IMG/VR virus record: IMGVR_UViG_3300032319_000846
Location: 64,001-128,000 of that record
Length of the DNA stretch: 64,000 nucleotides
From: a virus
Taxonomy: Duplodnaviria > Caudoviricetes
Reading direction: 5' to 3' (one strand)
Under the pieces are notes generated by a model, which was given only the letters and a program-made list of their open reading frames with translations, was not told the origin of the DNA and made no database searches. Below are positions 29,932 to 38,488 of the stretch, in pieces; within the stretch, counting starts at the first letter, position 1; each line of letters starts with the position of its first letter. The translations under genes and the position numbers were made by a program.

Positions 29932-29972
29932 CAAAAATAGGTGTAGAATCTGTAATTTAACAGTTCTAATTA
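29932..29972 (-). promoter_or_regulatory. Candidate promoter TAATTAGA-N25-TATTTTTG upstream of the ejection-protein operon
   Basis: TAnnTTTG on the minus strand (29939-29932) with TAATTAGA at the same spacing as at 4938-4978. Confidence 0.45.
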
Positions 29973-30006
29973 GAATTTGTATTACCTTAAATATTTCTAG
30001 ATTTAT

Positions 30007-30037
30007 TTTGAATTATAAATATAAATCATTAATTTTG
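30007..30037 (+). promoter_or_regulatory. Bacteroidota primary-sigma promoter TTTG-N19-TAATTTTG
   Basis: Matches the -33 TTTG / -7 TAnnTTTG consensus with canonical spacing, 20 nt before the first ATG of the plus-strand island. Confidence 0.7.
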
Positions 30038-30057
30038 AGCATAAAACAATAAATAAC

Positions 30058-30231
30058 ATGCCACGTAAAAAATCTATTTCTGTTCCTACTATTTCTGAAA
30101 GAGTTTTAGAAGTGATAGCAAAACCAATTAATTTAGCAATTTCAAATATACCAATAATAGAAACTGATGAAAATTCTATTGAAAGAAATTCAGATGGAAC
30201 TTGGATTCAACTAAATCCTAATGCAGAATAA
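30058..30231 (+). CDS. Small hypothetical protein (57 aa, MPRKKSISVPT...), not in the ORF track
   Basis: ATG after an A-rich leader directly downstream of the promoter; stop abuts the next ATG. Confidence 0.6.
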   Translation: MPRKKSISVPTISERVLEVIAKPINLAISNIPIIETDENSIERNSDGTWIQLNPNAE

Positions 30232-30232
30232 T

Positions 30233-30493
30233 ATGTTTGATACATATAAATTAAATGGTATAGATGTTTATCAAGAGCACCTATATCAATCTGATGTTAC
30301 TGTTCTTGATAGAGCTACAGGATATACAAGAAGAATTCCTGTAAAAAGTACATTAAAAGATTTTGAAAAAATAATACAGGAAGTAGCTGAGCATTATAAA
30401 AAAGGTTATATTCTTCCAGAGAATCTCAAATTTGAAAATAAAACATTTGAAGAAATCATTAAAATTTTAAAAAATGAAAATAGAACTAATTGA
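30233..30493 (+). CDS. Hypothetical protein (start probably 30233 rather than 30221)
   Basis: ORF track; ATG 1 nt after the upstream stop. Confidence 0.6.
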   Translation: MFDTYKLNGIDVYQEHLYQSDVTVLDRATGYTRRIPVKSTLKDFEKIIQEVAEHYKKGYILPENLKFENKTFEEIIKILKNENRTN

Positions 30494-30806
30494 TTGTACT
30501 ATTAAAGGAGAAACAATTTCCTATCCTATGTATTGTATTAAAATAGATGAAGTGATACATAAAAATATTTTACTTTTTCCTGTAGAATTTCCTCAATCTA
30601 TTGAGAACTATTTAAATAGTTTTGCATTAAATCTATCTGATGATAATTTTAGTTTTACCTACTACCCTATTATAAGGTTGTTTTATAAAGAAAAATACTA
30701 TTGGATGGATTATGCACATATTCAAAATCTATCATCAGGACTTTTTCAAGAATTTGAACAATACTTTAAACCTTATCATAATGAAAATAGTAAACAACAA
30801 GATTGA
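30474..30806 (+). CDS. Hypothetical protein (110 aa)
   Basis: ORF track; overlapping operon arrangement. Confidence 0.6.
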   Translation: MKIELIDCTIKGETISYPMYCIKIDEVIHKNILLFPVEFPQSIENYLNSFALNLSDDNFSFTYYPIIRLFYKEKYYWMDYAHIQNLSSGLFQEFEQYFKPYHNENSKQQD

Positions 30807-31197
30807 AATTGATATTGATGAGTTAAATGCTGAAATGATTAATAAGCTAATTAATTTCTTTCAGATTCCTACAGATGGAATAAGCGATGGATGGCATTCA
30901 TTTGAAGAATTATACGAATTTAGAAAAATGTATAATGCTGCTTTGTTTAACACACTTGCTGTAGATGAATATGATTATTTTGTTCATAAATCATGGAAAC
31001 ATTATGATGGAGAATATTGTTTTGAAAAAGAAAAGAAATGGTTTATAGTTTCTGCTCTATTACCAACAGGACTGATTAGCAATCATTATAAAGCTAAAGA
31101 TTGGGAGCTGTTTAAAATTCGTGAAGTGGATAAAGCTTTATTTGAATTTGATGGACATACACCAAAAGATGTACTTGAAAGATTAAAATCTTTATAA
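30781..31197 (+). CDS. Conserved phage protein of the SDG.H.F.ELY...[WF]DGH type (WDGH-like)
   Basis: ISDGWHSFEELYEFR...HKSWKHYDG...WFIV...LPTGLISNHY...FDGHTPKDVLERL. Start probably 30781; the track gives 30712. Confidence 0.65.
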   Translation: MKIVNNKIEIDIDELNAEMINKLINFFQIPTDGISDGWHSFEELYEFRKMYNAALFNTLAVDEYDYFVHKSWKHYDGEYCFEKEKKWFIVSALLPTGLISNHYKAKDWELFKIREVDKALFEFDGHTPKDVLERLKSL

Positions 31198-31198
31198 T

Positions 31199-31642
31199 AT
31201 GGAATCTAAAAAATGGTTTGATAAAAATGTTTATAATTTAGTTCAGGAATATGAACGAAATAAGGAAGACAGAGTATTTTTTGATACAGATTATAATATA
31301 ATGAAAGGTAAATTAGCAAGAATGCAATATTTTGCTAATAGACAAAAGAAAAATTATAATGCTTCATCTGAGAGTTATATTCAAACAAGAAAGTTCTTGG
31401 AATCAAAAGGATTCATGAATGTTATAGATAATTACTTTTGTAAATATATTGAAAGAAAAGGTTATAAATTGAATATAACTTTTAAAGTAATAAACCCTAT
31501 TTTATCAATGAGTTGTGCTTCTGATGTACAATACTGTAATTGTCATACATCCTGTTGCGGTAAAGAATATCAAAACTTCATTATAGAAGAAGCAACATTT
31601 GATGAAGAGATAAATAAAATAATTAAACTACAGGAAGAATAA
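31199..31642 (+). CDS. Hypothetical protein with a Cys cluster (147 aa)
   Basis: ORF track; C.....YCNCHTSCC motif, possibly metal-binding. Confidence 0.6.
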   Translation: MESKKWFDKNVYNLVQEYERNKEDRVFFDTDYNIMKGKLARMQYFANRQKKNYNASSESYIQTRKFLESKGFMNVIDNYFCKYIERKGYKLNITFKVINPILSMSCASDVQYCNCHTSCCGKEYQNFIIEEATFDEEINKIIKLQEE

Positions 31643-31645
31643 TAA

Positions 31646-31670
31646 AAAAGCTCTCTAATAGAGAGCTTTT
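31646..31670. terminator. Bidirectional intrinsic terminator between convergent genes
   Basis: AAAAGCTCTCT-aat-AGAGAGCTTTT perfect inverted repeat with A/T tracts. Confidence 0.8.
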
Positions 31671-34600
31671 GTTTTTAAACCAAATTTACTAACATAGGAA
31701 TTTTTAAATTTCTGCCCTTGCTTTATTCCATATAAGATGTTTCCTTCATTATCAATCTGCAAATCATAATTAGGATTTATCATACTACTTATAGCTGCAT
31801 TCATCATATTTTGATTTCCCTCTCTTTGCTTATTCATTTTAAATTGAGCAGCTTGTAAGTCTATAAGATTGTCCACGTTATCCTTTGCAGCTAATGTTTT
31901 CATCCAATCATCTGTATATCCTGCTCTGTTAGCATCATCTATTTGTGATTGTTGAGATTTAATTCCTGCAACTGTATTATTCCAAGTAATCTTTCTCTCT
32001 AAATTTCTATTAGCAACTTGACCTTGTACTGCATTAGATTGAAATGCAGCATTACTTGCTAATTGCTGATAAGCAGCTTGTCCTACAGTTGAGTTAGAAT
32101 TTATATTTTGCATTGCTCCTCTCACCATACGATTAATATTTCCAAGATAAGGAGATACATCTTCCTGATATAATTCTGGAAGAGCTAAATCACTTCTTCT
32201 AAAATAAGGAGCCATCACTCTATTATTTCTTAATTTAGCATTAGAAAGATATTGAGAAGAATAATCTCTTGTGTCAAGTTTACCTAAATTTTTTAATTCT
32301 AAAGGAATATCTTCTTTTTGTCTATCAAGTAAATAAGGTGTATCTTCTAATACAGGAAAAGGAGAAGAGGATTTTACAATAGGAAAAATTCCAATTCCGT
32401 CTTCTGGGTTTGTGGGGTCTGTTTCAAAAAAATTTAAATCAGATAACTTATGATTAGATAAATTATTAATATTTCCTGTAATTAAAGAAGGTCTTAATTG
32501 ATTTGTTATATTTCCAAATTTCTTATCAGATGTCATTTTATCAATATTAAATCCTTTAAAACTTTTACTTAATCCATTATAATATTCAGGATAATAACTT
32601 TTTATATAGTTTTTTGCAAACTTCTGTTGTTGTTCAAAAGATTTGTCTTTAAAAGAGGAGTCAACCTCACCCCATTCGTTTACCCAATCTTCTTTTAAAG
32701 GATTCTTATTTGCAGTTTCAAAGTTTTTTACAGGAGTTCTTCCAACAGTATCCACTTTGTCTCCTACTCTTAAATTAGAATTACCAATAGCTTCTACAGG
32801 AGTATTTTCTGAATAATTAGATGTACTGTCTACAGCATTATAAGAAAGATTAAAACTGTTTGGAAATTTTGTTATAGGTTTTTGAAAATAATCAGTAGCT
32901 TTTGGTTTTTTTCCTTTTATTTGAACTTCTGGTAAAATATTTTTTAAAAATTTATTTTTTTCTTCTTGTGTTAAGTTAAAATCTACAACTTCGATAGCAT
33001 TATTTGGAACAATAACTTCTGTAAATTTGTTTATTTTATAAAACTGATTTTTATTTTTATCGTATCCATACTCATAACCATCATCTCCTATAAAATTACC
33101 ATTACTTGTTTTTTTTATTCTTACTTTTCCTTCTGCTTGCATTTTCTGAATTCCAAATTTAGCTTGTGGAATTTCTAACACATCATCTACACCATCAAAT
33201 TGATATTCCTGATTAGGTTGCATTAAATCTAAATACTCCATTGTGTTGGCATTATAAGCTTCTACAGGGTAATTAATTCCTGACATAGTGATGTTACCTG
33301 TACCTCTTGTAGGAACTACCACAGGTTGATTTGGAAATTCATACATTCCTTTTTCACTTCTTGGAATTTTGTTTTTGATTCCAAACTTTGCTGTTTGTTG
33401 TAACATAGGATTATCTATTGTAGGAGATGTAAAATCATTAGAAGATAACCCATTCCACATTTGCATAATAGAATTATCATCATAATGCTTAAATAATTTA
33501 TTCCTTTTATTCTTTTTTCTAAGTGTTTGAATATTTTCTATAGTAGGTTTATAATTAGGTTCATATCCAGATGTATATCTAAGTTCATTTAATCTTGCAT
33601 AAGACTCTTGTGGATTTGTATAATATTTATGTTCTTTTAATGGCTTTATCTTCAGTTTTCTATAATCAGTTTTTAAATCATTTCCAAATAATTCATCATA
33701 TAACCGTTTTAATATGTTGGGAGTAGTTTTAGTTCCAAAATTTCCATGCTTTCTGTCAATTGCATGTGTAAATTCATGTATAGGGTTTGTAGTATTAGCA
33801 GGATTTGATAAAAAGACACTTACATTTTTATCACTATATCCACCGGGTTCAAATCCCCACGTTTCTTCTAATTCTTGTACTGTATCTTTTACTTCTTTAG
33901 GTCTTGTCTCAGGATTAGGATAATATTCATAGTTAAATACATCAGAGGTAAGTTTAATAGGTTCTGTTACTATATCTCTTGTACCATACCAATCATTTAG
34001 CCAGTTAGCTTGTTTCAAAACTGCTTTTTTACCAGAAGATTTTGCGTTGTTAACGTTAAAAGAATTTCCTCCCATTTGCATTTTAGAAGGATGATAATTG
34101 TTCATATAATACAAAGCTTTATCATAAGGTATCACTTGTTTTAAATCTTGTATTTGTGAATCTTTTCCTGTTTCCCAAAGTTTTTTAAAATCCTCTTCTT
34201 TATAATTATTAGGTAAATACCCACTTATAGAATGAAAACGAGCAGCAAGTTCTTCTGGAGAATAAACATCAGTATTAAGTTTATTTTTATCTAATGGAGA
34301 GTAGATTGAACCATCTAATAATTCATCTTCAATTGCTTGTTCTCTTGGAGAAAAATACCCTTTACTTCTTAAATAATGAAAAGTTTCGTGTTGCTTTAAT
34401 GGTTCATCATTAATATTATTCATATAAATATCACCATCTTGTTCATAAGCAGCATATCCATTTCTTCTATCTCCTTGGAGTTCTTTTCTTTTTAGTTTAA
34501 AGGTAGGTTCTTCAACATCTTTGTTTTTTCTGTCTAATATAGAATTAGGAAGAATGTAATTTAAATTCTTATTATAATGTGCTCCCCCATATTGCATTTC

Positions 34601-34792
34601 TGTTTCCTGTTCTTGTAATTGAGCAAGAAATTCCTGTTGTTGTTCAGGAGTAGCTTGTTGAAAATCTGCAATTAATGCTTGTGGGTCAATTCCTTTTTCC
34701 TGTGCATATTGTTGTAGAAATTGCAAGATTTGTTCCTGCTCTCCACCCATTTGCATCTTTTTATATCTCATATTGCTGTTTGATTTTTTCAT
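31655..34792 (-). CDS. Modular virion cargo protein with two HExxH zincin-like modules and QxGG/AKFG linkers (1045 aa)
   Basis: HETFH...PEELAAR and HEFTH...PQESYAR; MQMGG x2, MQYGG, AKFG x2; Q/N/A-rich helical C-terminus; no Cys seen. Confidence 0.7.
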   Translation of the reverse strand: MKKSNSNMRYKKMQMGGEQEQILQFLQQYAQEKGIDPQALIADFQQATPEQQQEFLAQLQEQETEMQYGGAHYNKNLNYILPNSILDRKNKDVEEPTFKLKRKELQGDRRNGYAAYEQDGDIYMNNINDEPLKQHETFHYLRSKGYFSPREQAIEDELLDGSIYSPLDKNKLNTDVYSPEELAARFHSISGYLPNNYKEEDFKKLWETGKDSQIQDLKQVIPYDKALYYMNNYHPSKMQMGGNSFNVNNAKSSGKKAVLKQANWLNDWYGTRDIVTEPIKLTSDVFNYEYYPNPETRPKEVKDTVQELEETWGFEPGGYSDKNVSVFLSNPANTTNPIHEFTHAIDRKHGNFGTKTTPNILKRLYDELFGNDLKTDYRKLKIKPLKEHKYYTNPQESYARLNELRYTSGYEPNYKPTIENIQTLRKKNKRNKLFKHYDDNSIMQMWNGLSSNDFTSPTIDNPMLQQTAKFGIKNKIPRSEKGMYEFPNQPVVVPTRGTGNITMSGINYPVEAYNANTMEYLDLMQPNQEYQFDGVDDVLEIPQAKFGIQKMQAEGKVRIKKTSNGNFIGDDGYEYGYDKNKNQFYKINKFTEVIVPNNAIEVVDFNLTQEEKNKFLKNILPEVQIKGKKPKATDYFQKPITKFPNSFNLSYNAVDSTSNYSENTPVEAIGNSNLRVGDKVDTVGRTPVKNFETANKNPLKEDWVNEWGEVDSSFKDKSFEQQQKFAKNYIKSYYPEYYNGLSKSFKGFNIDKMTSDKKFGNITNQLRPSLITGNINNLSNHKLSDLNFFETDPTNPEDGIGIFPIVKSSSPFPVLEDTPYLLDRQKEDIPLELKNLGKLDTRDYSSQYLSNAKLRNNRVMAPYFRRSDLALPELYQEDVSPYLGNINRMVRGAMQNINSNSTVGQAAYQQLASNAAFQSNAVQGQVANRNLERKITWNNTVAGIKSQQSQIDDANRAGYTDDWMKTLAAKDNVDNLIDLQAAQFKMNKQREGNQNMMNAAISSMINPNYDLQIDNEGNILYGIKQGQKFKNSYVSKFGLKTKALY

Positions 34793-34973
34793 CTATTTTG
34801 TTTTTTATTAAAGCACAATATCCATACAATTCTTCTTCTTCACATTGTTTTAGAAATGCTTCTAAATCTTGAATTGTAGAAGGAATTTGTAAGAATTCCG
34901 TCACTTCTCTCTTATTCTTAAACAGTTTAGTAGGAGAAATCATCTGTAGGTATTTGTATTCTTCTATTAGCAT
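34761..34973 (-). CDS. Small hypothetical protein (start probably MLIEEY at 34973)
   Basis: ORF track 34761..35045; the internal ATG reduces the overlap with the upstream gene. Confidence 0.5.
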   Translation of the reverse strand: MLIEEYKYLQMISPTKLFKNKREVTEFLQIPSTIQDLEAFLKQCEEEELYGYCALIKNKIDEKIKQQYEI

Positions 34974-35181
34974 TTCTTTTTCTTGATTTAAGGTAGGAAA
35001 TAATAGTGTCTTTTTCTGCAAGTTTTCTTTTATATTTATAAACAAACTCTGAATGTGTTCTGGATATATTTACAAATTCTCTTGCCATTCTCCTATTTTC
35101 TTTTCTTAATTCTTCTATTTCTTTTTGTGTAATTGATTTAGCACAATTTGTAAGTAGTAAAAAAATTAAAAGATATTTCAT
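34927..35181 (-). CDS. Putative lipoprotein with coiled coil (84 aa)
   Basis: MKYLLIFLLLTNC signal peptide with a lipobox-like Cys. Confidence 0.55.
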   Translation of the reverse strand: MKYLLIFLLLTNCAKSITQKEIEELRKENRRMAREFVNISRTHSEFVYKYKRKLAEKDTIISYLKSRKRNANRRIQIPTDDFSY

Positions 35182-37277
35182 AAATATTTAAATAGTGGAT
35201 TACTCGTTGTACTCGTTCCTCCAAATTGTTTTCTTCTGCCCTTTAAAAATATTTCTTGATTTTTGTTTTTAATATCAGATTCATATTCTTTTCTTTTTTC
35301 TCTACTAATATATGTATAGGGAGTATTGGGTTTCCAATTTTCTTCTGCTTCTAACATAATTTGAGCATTTTCTTCTTTTGTTACTGTTTGAGAAGGATGA
35401 TATAGCTCTCTTAAAATTTTGTTTTTATTATTGTCATGATTAAGTAAAGTTTTATACTTTTCTAATCCTTCTTTTTCACTAAATACCACATCATCAAAAT
35501 AGTTATCTATTTTATAATGTGCTTGATTTTCTAACGAACCCTCTCTTGAGTACTCTCTTGCATCATATTCAGAAGCACTTGAATACGGTACTTCGTCCCA
35601 TTTACCAAACATATTAGGATTTGGAGAGTTGTACTGATAAGCATGAGCTAATTCTGGTAAAAAACTATTTTTAAATTGTCCTTTTTTTGGCAAAATTATT
35701 GTATTATCAATAGGTAGATACCCGGCTCTTCTTACGTTTTGATTTTTTAAATCGCTTTCTTCTAATTTTAATATGTTTGGAAAATTAGACATGTAGTTTA
35801 ATCCGTATAAAAAATCTTCATTTTTAATTTTAGCAGGTTTAAAAGAAAAATATTGTTGTCCAAAACTTCTTGCAAATTCATTTTCTGTACTATTTTTTAT
35901 TAATTGTTTTTTGTCCTCTGGTACAGTATGTCCTAAATTGTATAACAATCCCATATCTTCTTGTTCTCCTCCAAATTGATTTCTTATTAATTTTGGAGTT
36001 TGTTTTATTCCTTTTACATTTTCTTGATGAAGTCTTTGTAAATAATCATCATTTAATTCATAAGATTGTTGTCCTGACGTATATTGTTTTTGCTTAGGAA
36101 AAATAAAAGGTTGCTCTTCTGGTAAATTAATCTGCTCAAAACTTAAAGAATGCTCACTTTGAATTGGTTCTTCATTAATTAGCTCTATTGCAGAGGTTCT
36201 TTCTTTTTTAAATGTGTTTTTTTCTTTAAAAGCAGGTGTTTTATATAATATTTGATTTCCCTCTTCTGTGTAACGACCTATTCTAGGGTCTTTAGGATTT
36301 GTGACATAAATAGGAGGGTATTTTTTTTCATACTCTGGTTTATCATAAAACTTAGTGTTACTTCCTTCTTTTTCTTCTTTATAACCATAAGTATTTATAT
36401 AACTTTTTTTAGGTTGATACACTATTTCTTGTTTAGGCTTTGTTGGTATTGTTGCAAAATCTCTACCCTTATCTGTGAAGATGTAGAAATTATCTTTAGG
36501 TAATTCGTAATCAAGTTTTTCCTGTAATTGTATGTTTTTTTTAAAATCGCTACTATTTACAAGTTTATCTATTTGTTTTCCTCTATCAAAAATATTATAA
36601 GTAGAAGACAATTTCTTTAACAAATTGTTGTATTTTTGTTCTTGATTATAGATAAACAAACTATCCTTATACCCTTGTAATCTAGGGTCTTTAGGATTAT
36701 TTACTATAATAGGTCTTCTTCCAAATTGAGCCACATCTACATTAAAATCTACATCACTATATTGTTTCTTACTTTCTTGTATTTGAAATACCCATTCATA
36801 CAATTCTTCACTAGTTGGTAAAGCATTTTTTAAAGCTTCATTAGCTTTTTTAGAATTAAATGCAAATTTATCTTTTGTTAATATAGGACGAGAAAGTTTC
36901 TTTGCTTGCTTATTTACTTCCTCTTCAGCTTTTAAAAAGAATTTAGATGGAGAAACACTGGATTTTAAAGTTGGGTCAAACCCTTTATCTTGAAAGTGGT
37001 CATTCCCTTCCTTTTTAGAAATTCTTACAGCTTGTTCCATTTCAGAGTTATTCCTATCCCCATTCATTACTTGGGTGTAACTATCTGATAGAACAGAATG
37101 AGCATCATTTAAAACAACACCTCCTGTAGCAGCTTTCTTTGTATTACCGTCAGGTAATATTTGTATAGTATCATCATGTGAGGGTGCTTTATTAGAAATT
37201 TGCTTGAGATTTCCTTGGGGAGTTTTATAGATTTCTCCTTTTTCAGCTAATACCTGAAAATTAAATTTGTTTTGCAT
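35178..37277 (-). CDS. Modular virion cargo protein with an ELAH metallopeptidase-like module and QFGG linkers (699 aa)
   Basis: N-terminal AEKGE...PSH...GGV...VLSD domain; AQFG, NQFGG and KQFGG linkers; PELAHAYQ...GSLENQAH; no Cys seen. Confidence 0.7.
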   Translation of the reverse strand: MQNKFNFQVLAEKGEIYKTPQGNLKQISNKAPSHDDTIQILPDGNTKKAATGGVVLNDAHSVLSDSYTQVMNGDRNNSEMEQAVRISKKEGNDHFQDKGFDPTLKSSVSPSKFFLKAEEEVNKQAKKLSRPILTKDKFAFNSKKANEALKNALPTSEELYEWVFQIQESKKQYSDVDFNVDVAQFGRRPIIVNNPKDPRLQGYKDSLFIYNQEQKYNNLLKKLSSTYNIFDRGKQIDKLVNSSDFKKNIQLQEKLDYELPKDNFYIFTDKGRDFATIPTKPKQEIVYQPKKSYINTYGYKEEKEGSNTKFYDKPEYEKKYPPIYVTNPKDPRIGRYTEEGNQILYKTPAFKEKNTFKKERTSAIELINEEPIQSEHSLSFEQINLPEEQPFIFPKQKQYTSGQQSYELNDDYLQRLHQENVKGIKQTPKLIRNQFGGEQEDMGLLYNLGHTVPEDKKQLIKNSTENEFARSFGQQYFSFKPAKIKNEDFLYGLNYMSNFPNILKLEESDLKNQNVRRAGYLPIDNTIILPKKGQFKNSFLPELAHAYQYNSPNPNMFGKWDEVPYSSASEYDAREYSREGSLENQAHYKIDNYFDDVVFSEKEGLEKYKTLLNHDNNKNKILRELYHPSQTVTKEENAQIMLEAEENWKPNTPYTYISREKRKEYESDIKNKNQEIFLKGRRKQFGGTSTTSNPLFKYL

Positions 37278-37297
37278 TATACTAAATTGTAAATTTG
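37266..37297 (+). promoter_or_regulatory. Bacteroidota primary-sigma promoter TTTG-N20-TAAATTTG
   Basis: Consensus -33/-7 boxes upstream of the second plus-strand island. Confidence 0.55.
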
Positions 37298-37356
37298 TTT
37301 AAATTTAACAATAAGAGATAGAAAATAATAATAGTTAATTAAAATAAATAGTAAAT

Positions 37357-37554
37357 ATGGAAATATTTGTAACTGAAGATTTTAATTATTATTGGAAAAT
37401 AAAAGTAAAGTATTTAAATGATAATGATTTTGAAACAATTTTTAATATGAATGGAAATGATGCTAAATATGTATTACGAGGACTTTACAAAGCTCTTCAA
37501 CTATTAGATGTAAACTACACAATTAAATATATACAAGATGACGATTCAAAATAA
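37357..37554 (+). CDS. Hypothetical protein (65 aa)
   Basis: ORF track; A-rich leader. Confidence 0.6.
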   Translation: MEIFVTEDFNYYWKIKVKYLNDNDFETIFNMNGNDAKYVLRGLYKALQLLDVNYTIKYIQDDDSK

Positions 37555-37708
37555 AGTTTATAATACAATTCTTTTCCAAGAAGAAAAACCAGTATCTATT
37601 ACAGATAGGATTAAACAATTACAAATAGAGATTGAATGTATGCAAGATGAAATTTGGATATTAAAACAGTTACAAATAGCAGAACAAAATGGAAAAGAAA
37701 CTAATTGA
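37538..37708 (+). CDS. Small coiled-coil hypothetical protein (56 aa, MTIQNKVYNT...), not in the ORF track
   Basis: Fills the gap between the two flanking ORFs with short overlaps. Confidence 0.55.
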   Translation: MTIQNKVYNTILFQEEKPVSITDRIKQLQIEIECMQDEIWILKQLQIAEQNGKETN

Positions 37709-37880
37709 ATTAATGGAAAGTTTTACTCCTGTAGTAGCTTATACAGGTGTACTTGGAAATATTAAACAGGGGAGTTACATTCCTGCTGGAGAATTCTTTA
37801 CTGCTTTAAATAAGCTAAAATCTGATTTAAAGAAACAAGAGAAAGCTTATGATTTTGTTCATCAAGAATTAGAAGTGTAA
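37689..37880 (+). CDS. Hypothetical protein (63 aa)
   Basis: ORF track. Confidence 0.6.
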   Translation: MEKKLIELMESFTPVVAYTGVLGNIKQGSYIPAGEFFTALNKLKSDLKKQEKAYDFVHQELEV

Positions 37881-37897
37881 AAATAATTTAGAAAAAA

Positions 37898-37929
37898 CTT
37901 GACATTACTAATTCTTTATTGTACATTTG
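37898..37929 (+). promoter_or_regulatory. Bacteroidota-type promoter CTTG(ACA)-N20-TACATTTG
   Basis: -7 box TACATTTG at 37922-37929 and TTG at the -33 position. Confidence 0.7.
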
Positions 37930-37933
37930 TATC

Positions 37934-38058
37934 TCCAGTTTCCTACATCCCCAGTCGAAACAATAGCATGTTAGTGAAACTGGAACCCTTTTAAAATTTA
38001 GTGTATTCATATTTTGTGTTTGATTTTTCCCTCTTATCTTCTGGATAAGAGGGTTTTT
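37934..38058 (+). ncRNA. Candidate small non-coding RNA (~125 nt)
   Basis: Own promoter, a 5' stem (TCCAGTTTC 37934-37942 / GAAACTGGA 37976-37984), a U-rich single-stranded region and an intrinsic terminator; no credible plus-strand ORF. Confidence 0.55.
38029..38058 (+). terminator. Intrinsic terminator
   Basis: CCCTCTTATC-ttctg-GATAAGAGGG followed by TTTTT. Confidence 0.85.
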
Positions 38059-38068
38059 ATTATAAAAG

Positions 38069-38095
38069 AAAAGCTCCTTATTTAGGGAGCTTTTT
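38069..38095 (-). terminator. Intrinsic (possibly bidirectional) terminator ending the minus-strand operon
   Basis: AAAAGCTCC...GGAGCTTTT inverted repeat immediately after the stop of 38099..38383. Confidence 0.8.
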
Positions 38096-38098
38096 AAT

Positions 38099-38383
38099 TT
38101 AAACCAACACCAATCTTTTAATATGTTTTAAATCATCTATTTTATCTAATTTTCCATCATAAACAGAATACCAAACAGGGTCTTTACTGTATTTGTGTTC
38201 CTTCACAATATTTAAATCATTAGAAGGCCAATAGTATGTAGCTGTATATTGCCAATTCTTATCTTCTTTAGATGGGTGTTCAAACACATATTCCTTCTCT
38301 CCATCTTTTTCATCAAAGTATAGATATGAAAATCCATAATTTGTGAAAAAATTAATAGTTATATCTTCTGATTCTTCTAACAT
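38099..38383 (-). CDS. Hypothetical protein (94 aa)
   Basis: ORF track; followed by a terminator. Confidence 0.6.
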   Translation of the reverse strand: MLEESEDITINFFTNYGFSYLYFDEKDGEKEYVFEHPSKEDKNWQYTATYYWPSNDLNIVKEHKYSKDPVWYSVYDGKLDKIDDLKHIKRLVLV

Positions 38384-38487
38384 TTTCCTTTAGATTTTTT
38401 CATTCCTGCTCCACCATATTTCATTGGTTTGGTAGGAATAGGTTTTGGTTCAAACTTTGCTGGAATTTTTATTGTGGGGGTTTTCAT
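38377..38487 (-). CDS. 36-aa basic peptide MKTPTIKIPAKFEPKPIPTKPMKYGGAGMKKSKGKC, not in the ORF track
   Basis: ATG 1 nt after the endonuclease stop; its stop overlaps the next start; carries an MKYGG motif. Confidence 0.6.
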   Translation of the reverse strand: MKTPTIKIPAKFEPKPIPTKPMKYGGAGMKKSKGKC

Positions 38488-38488
38488 A

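Noticed and set aside
37934-37990. tRNA at the structured element
   Set aside because: Only ~51 nt inside the closing stem, with no cloverleaf or T-loop consensus.
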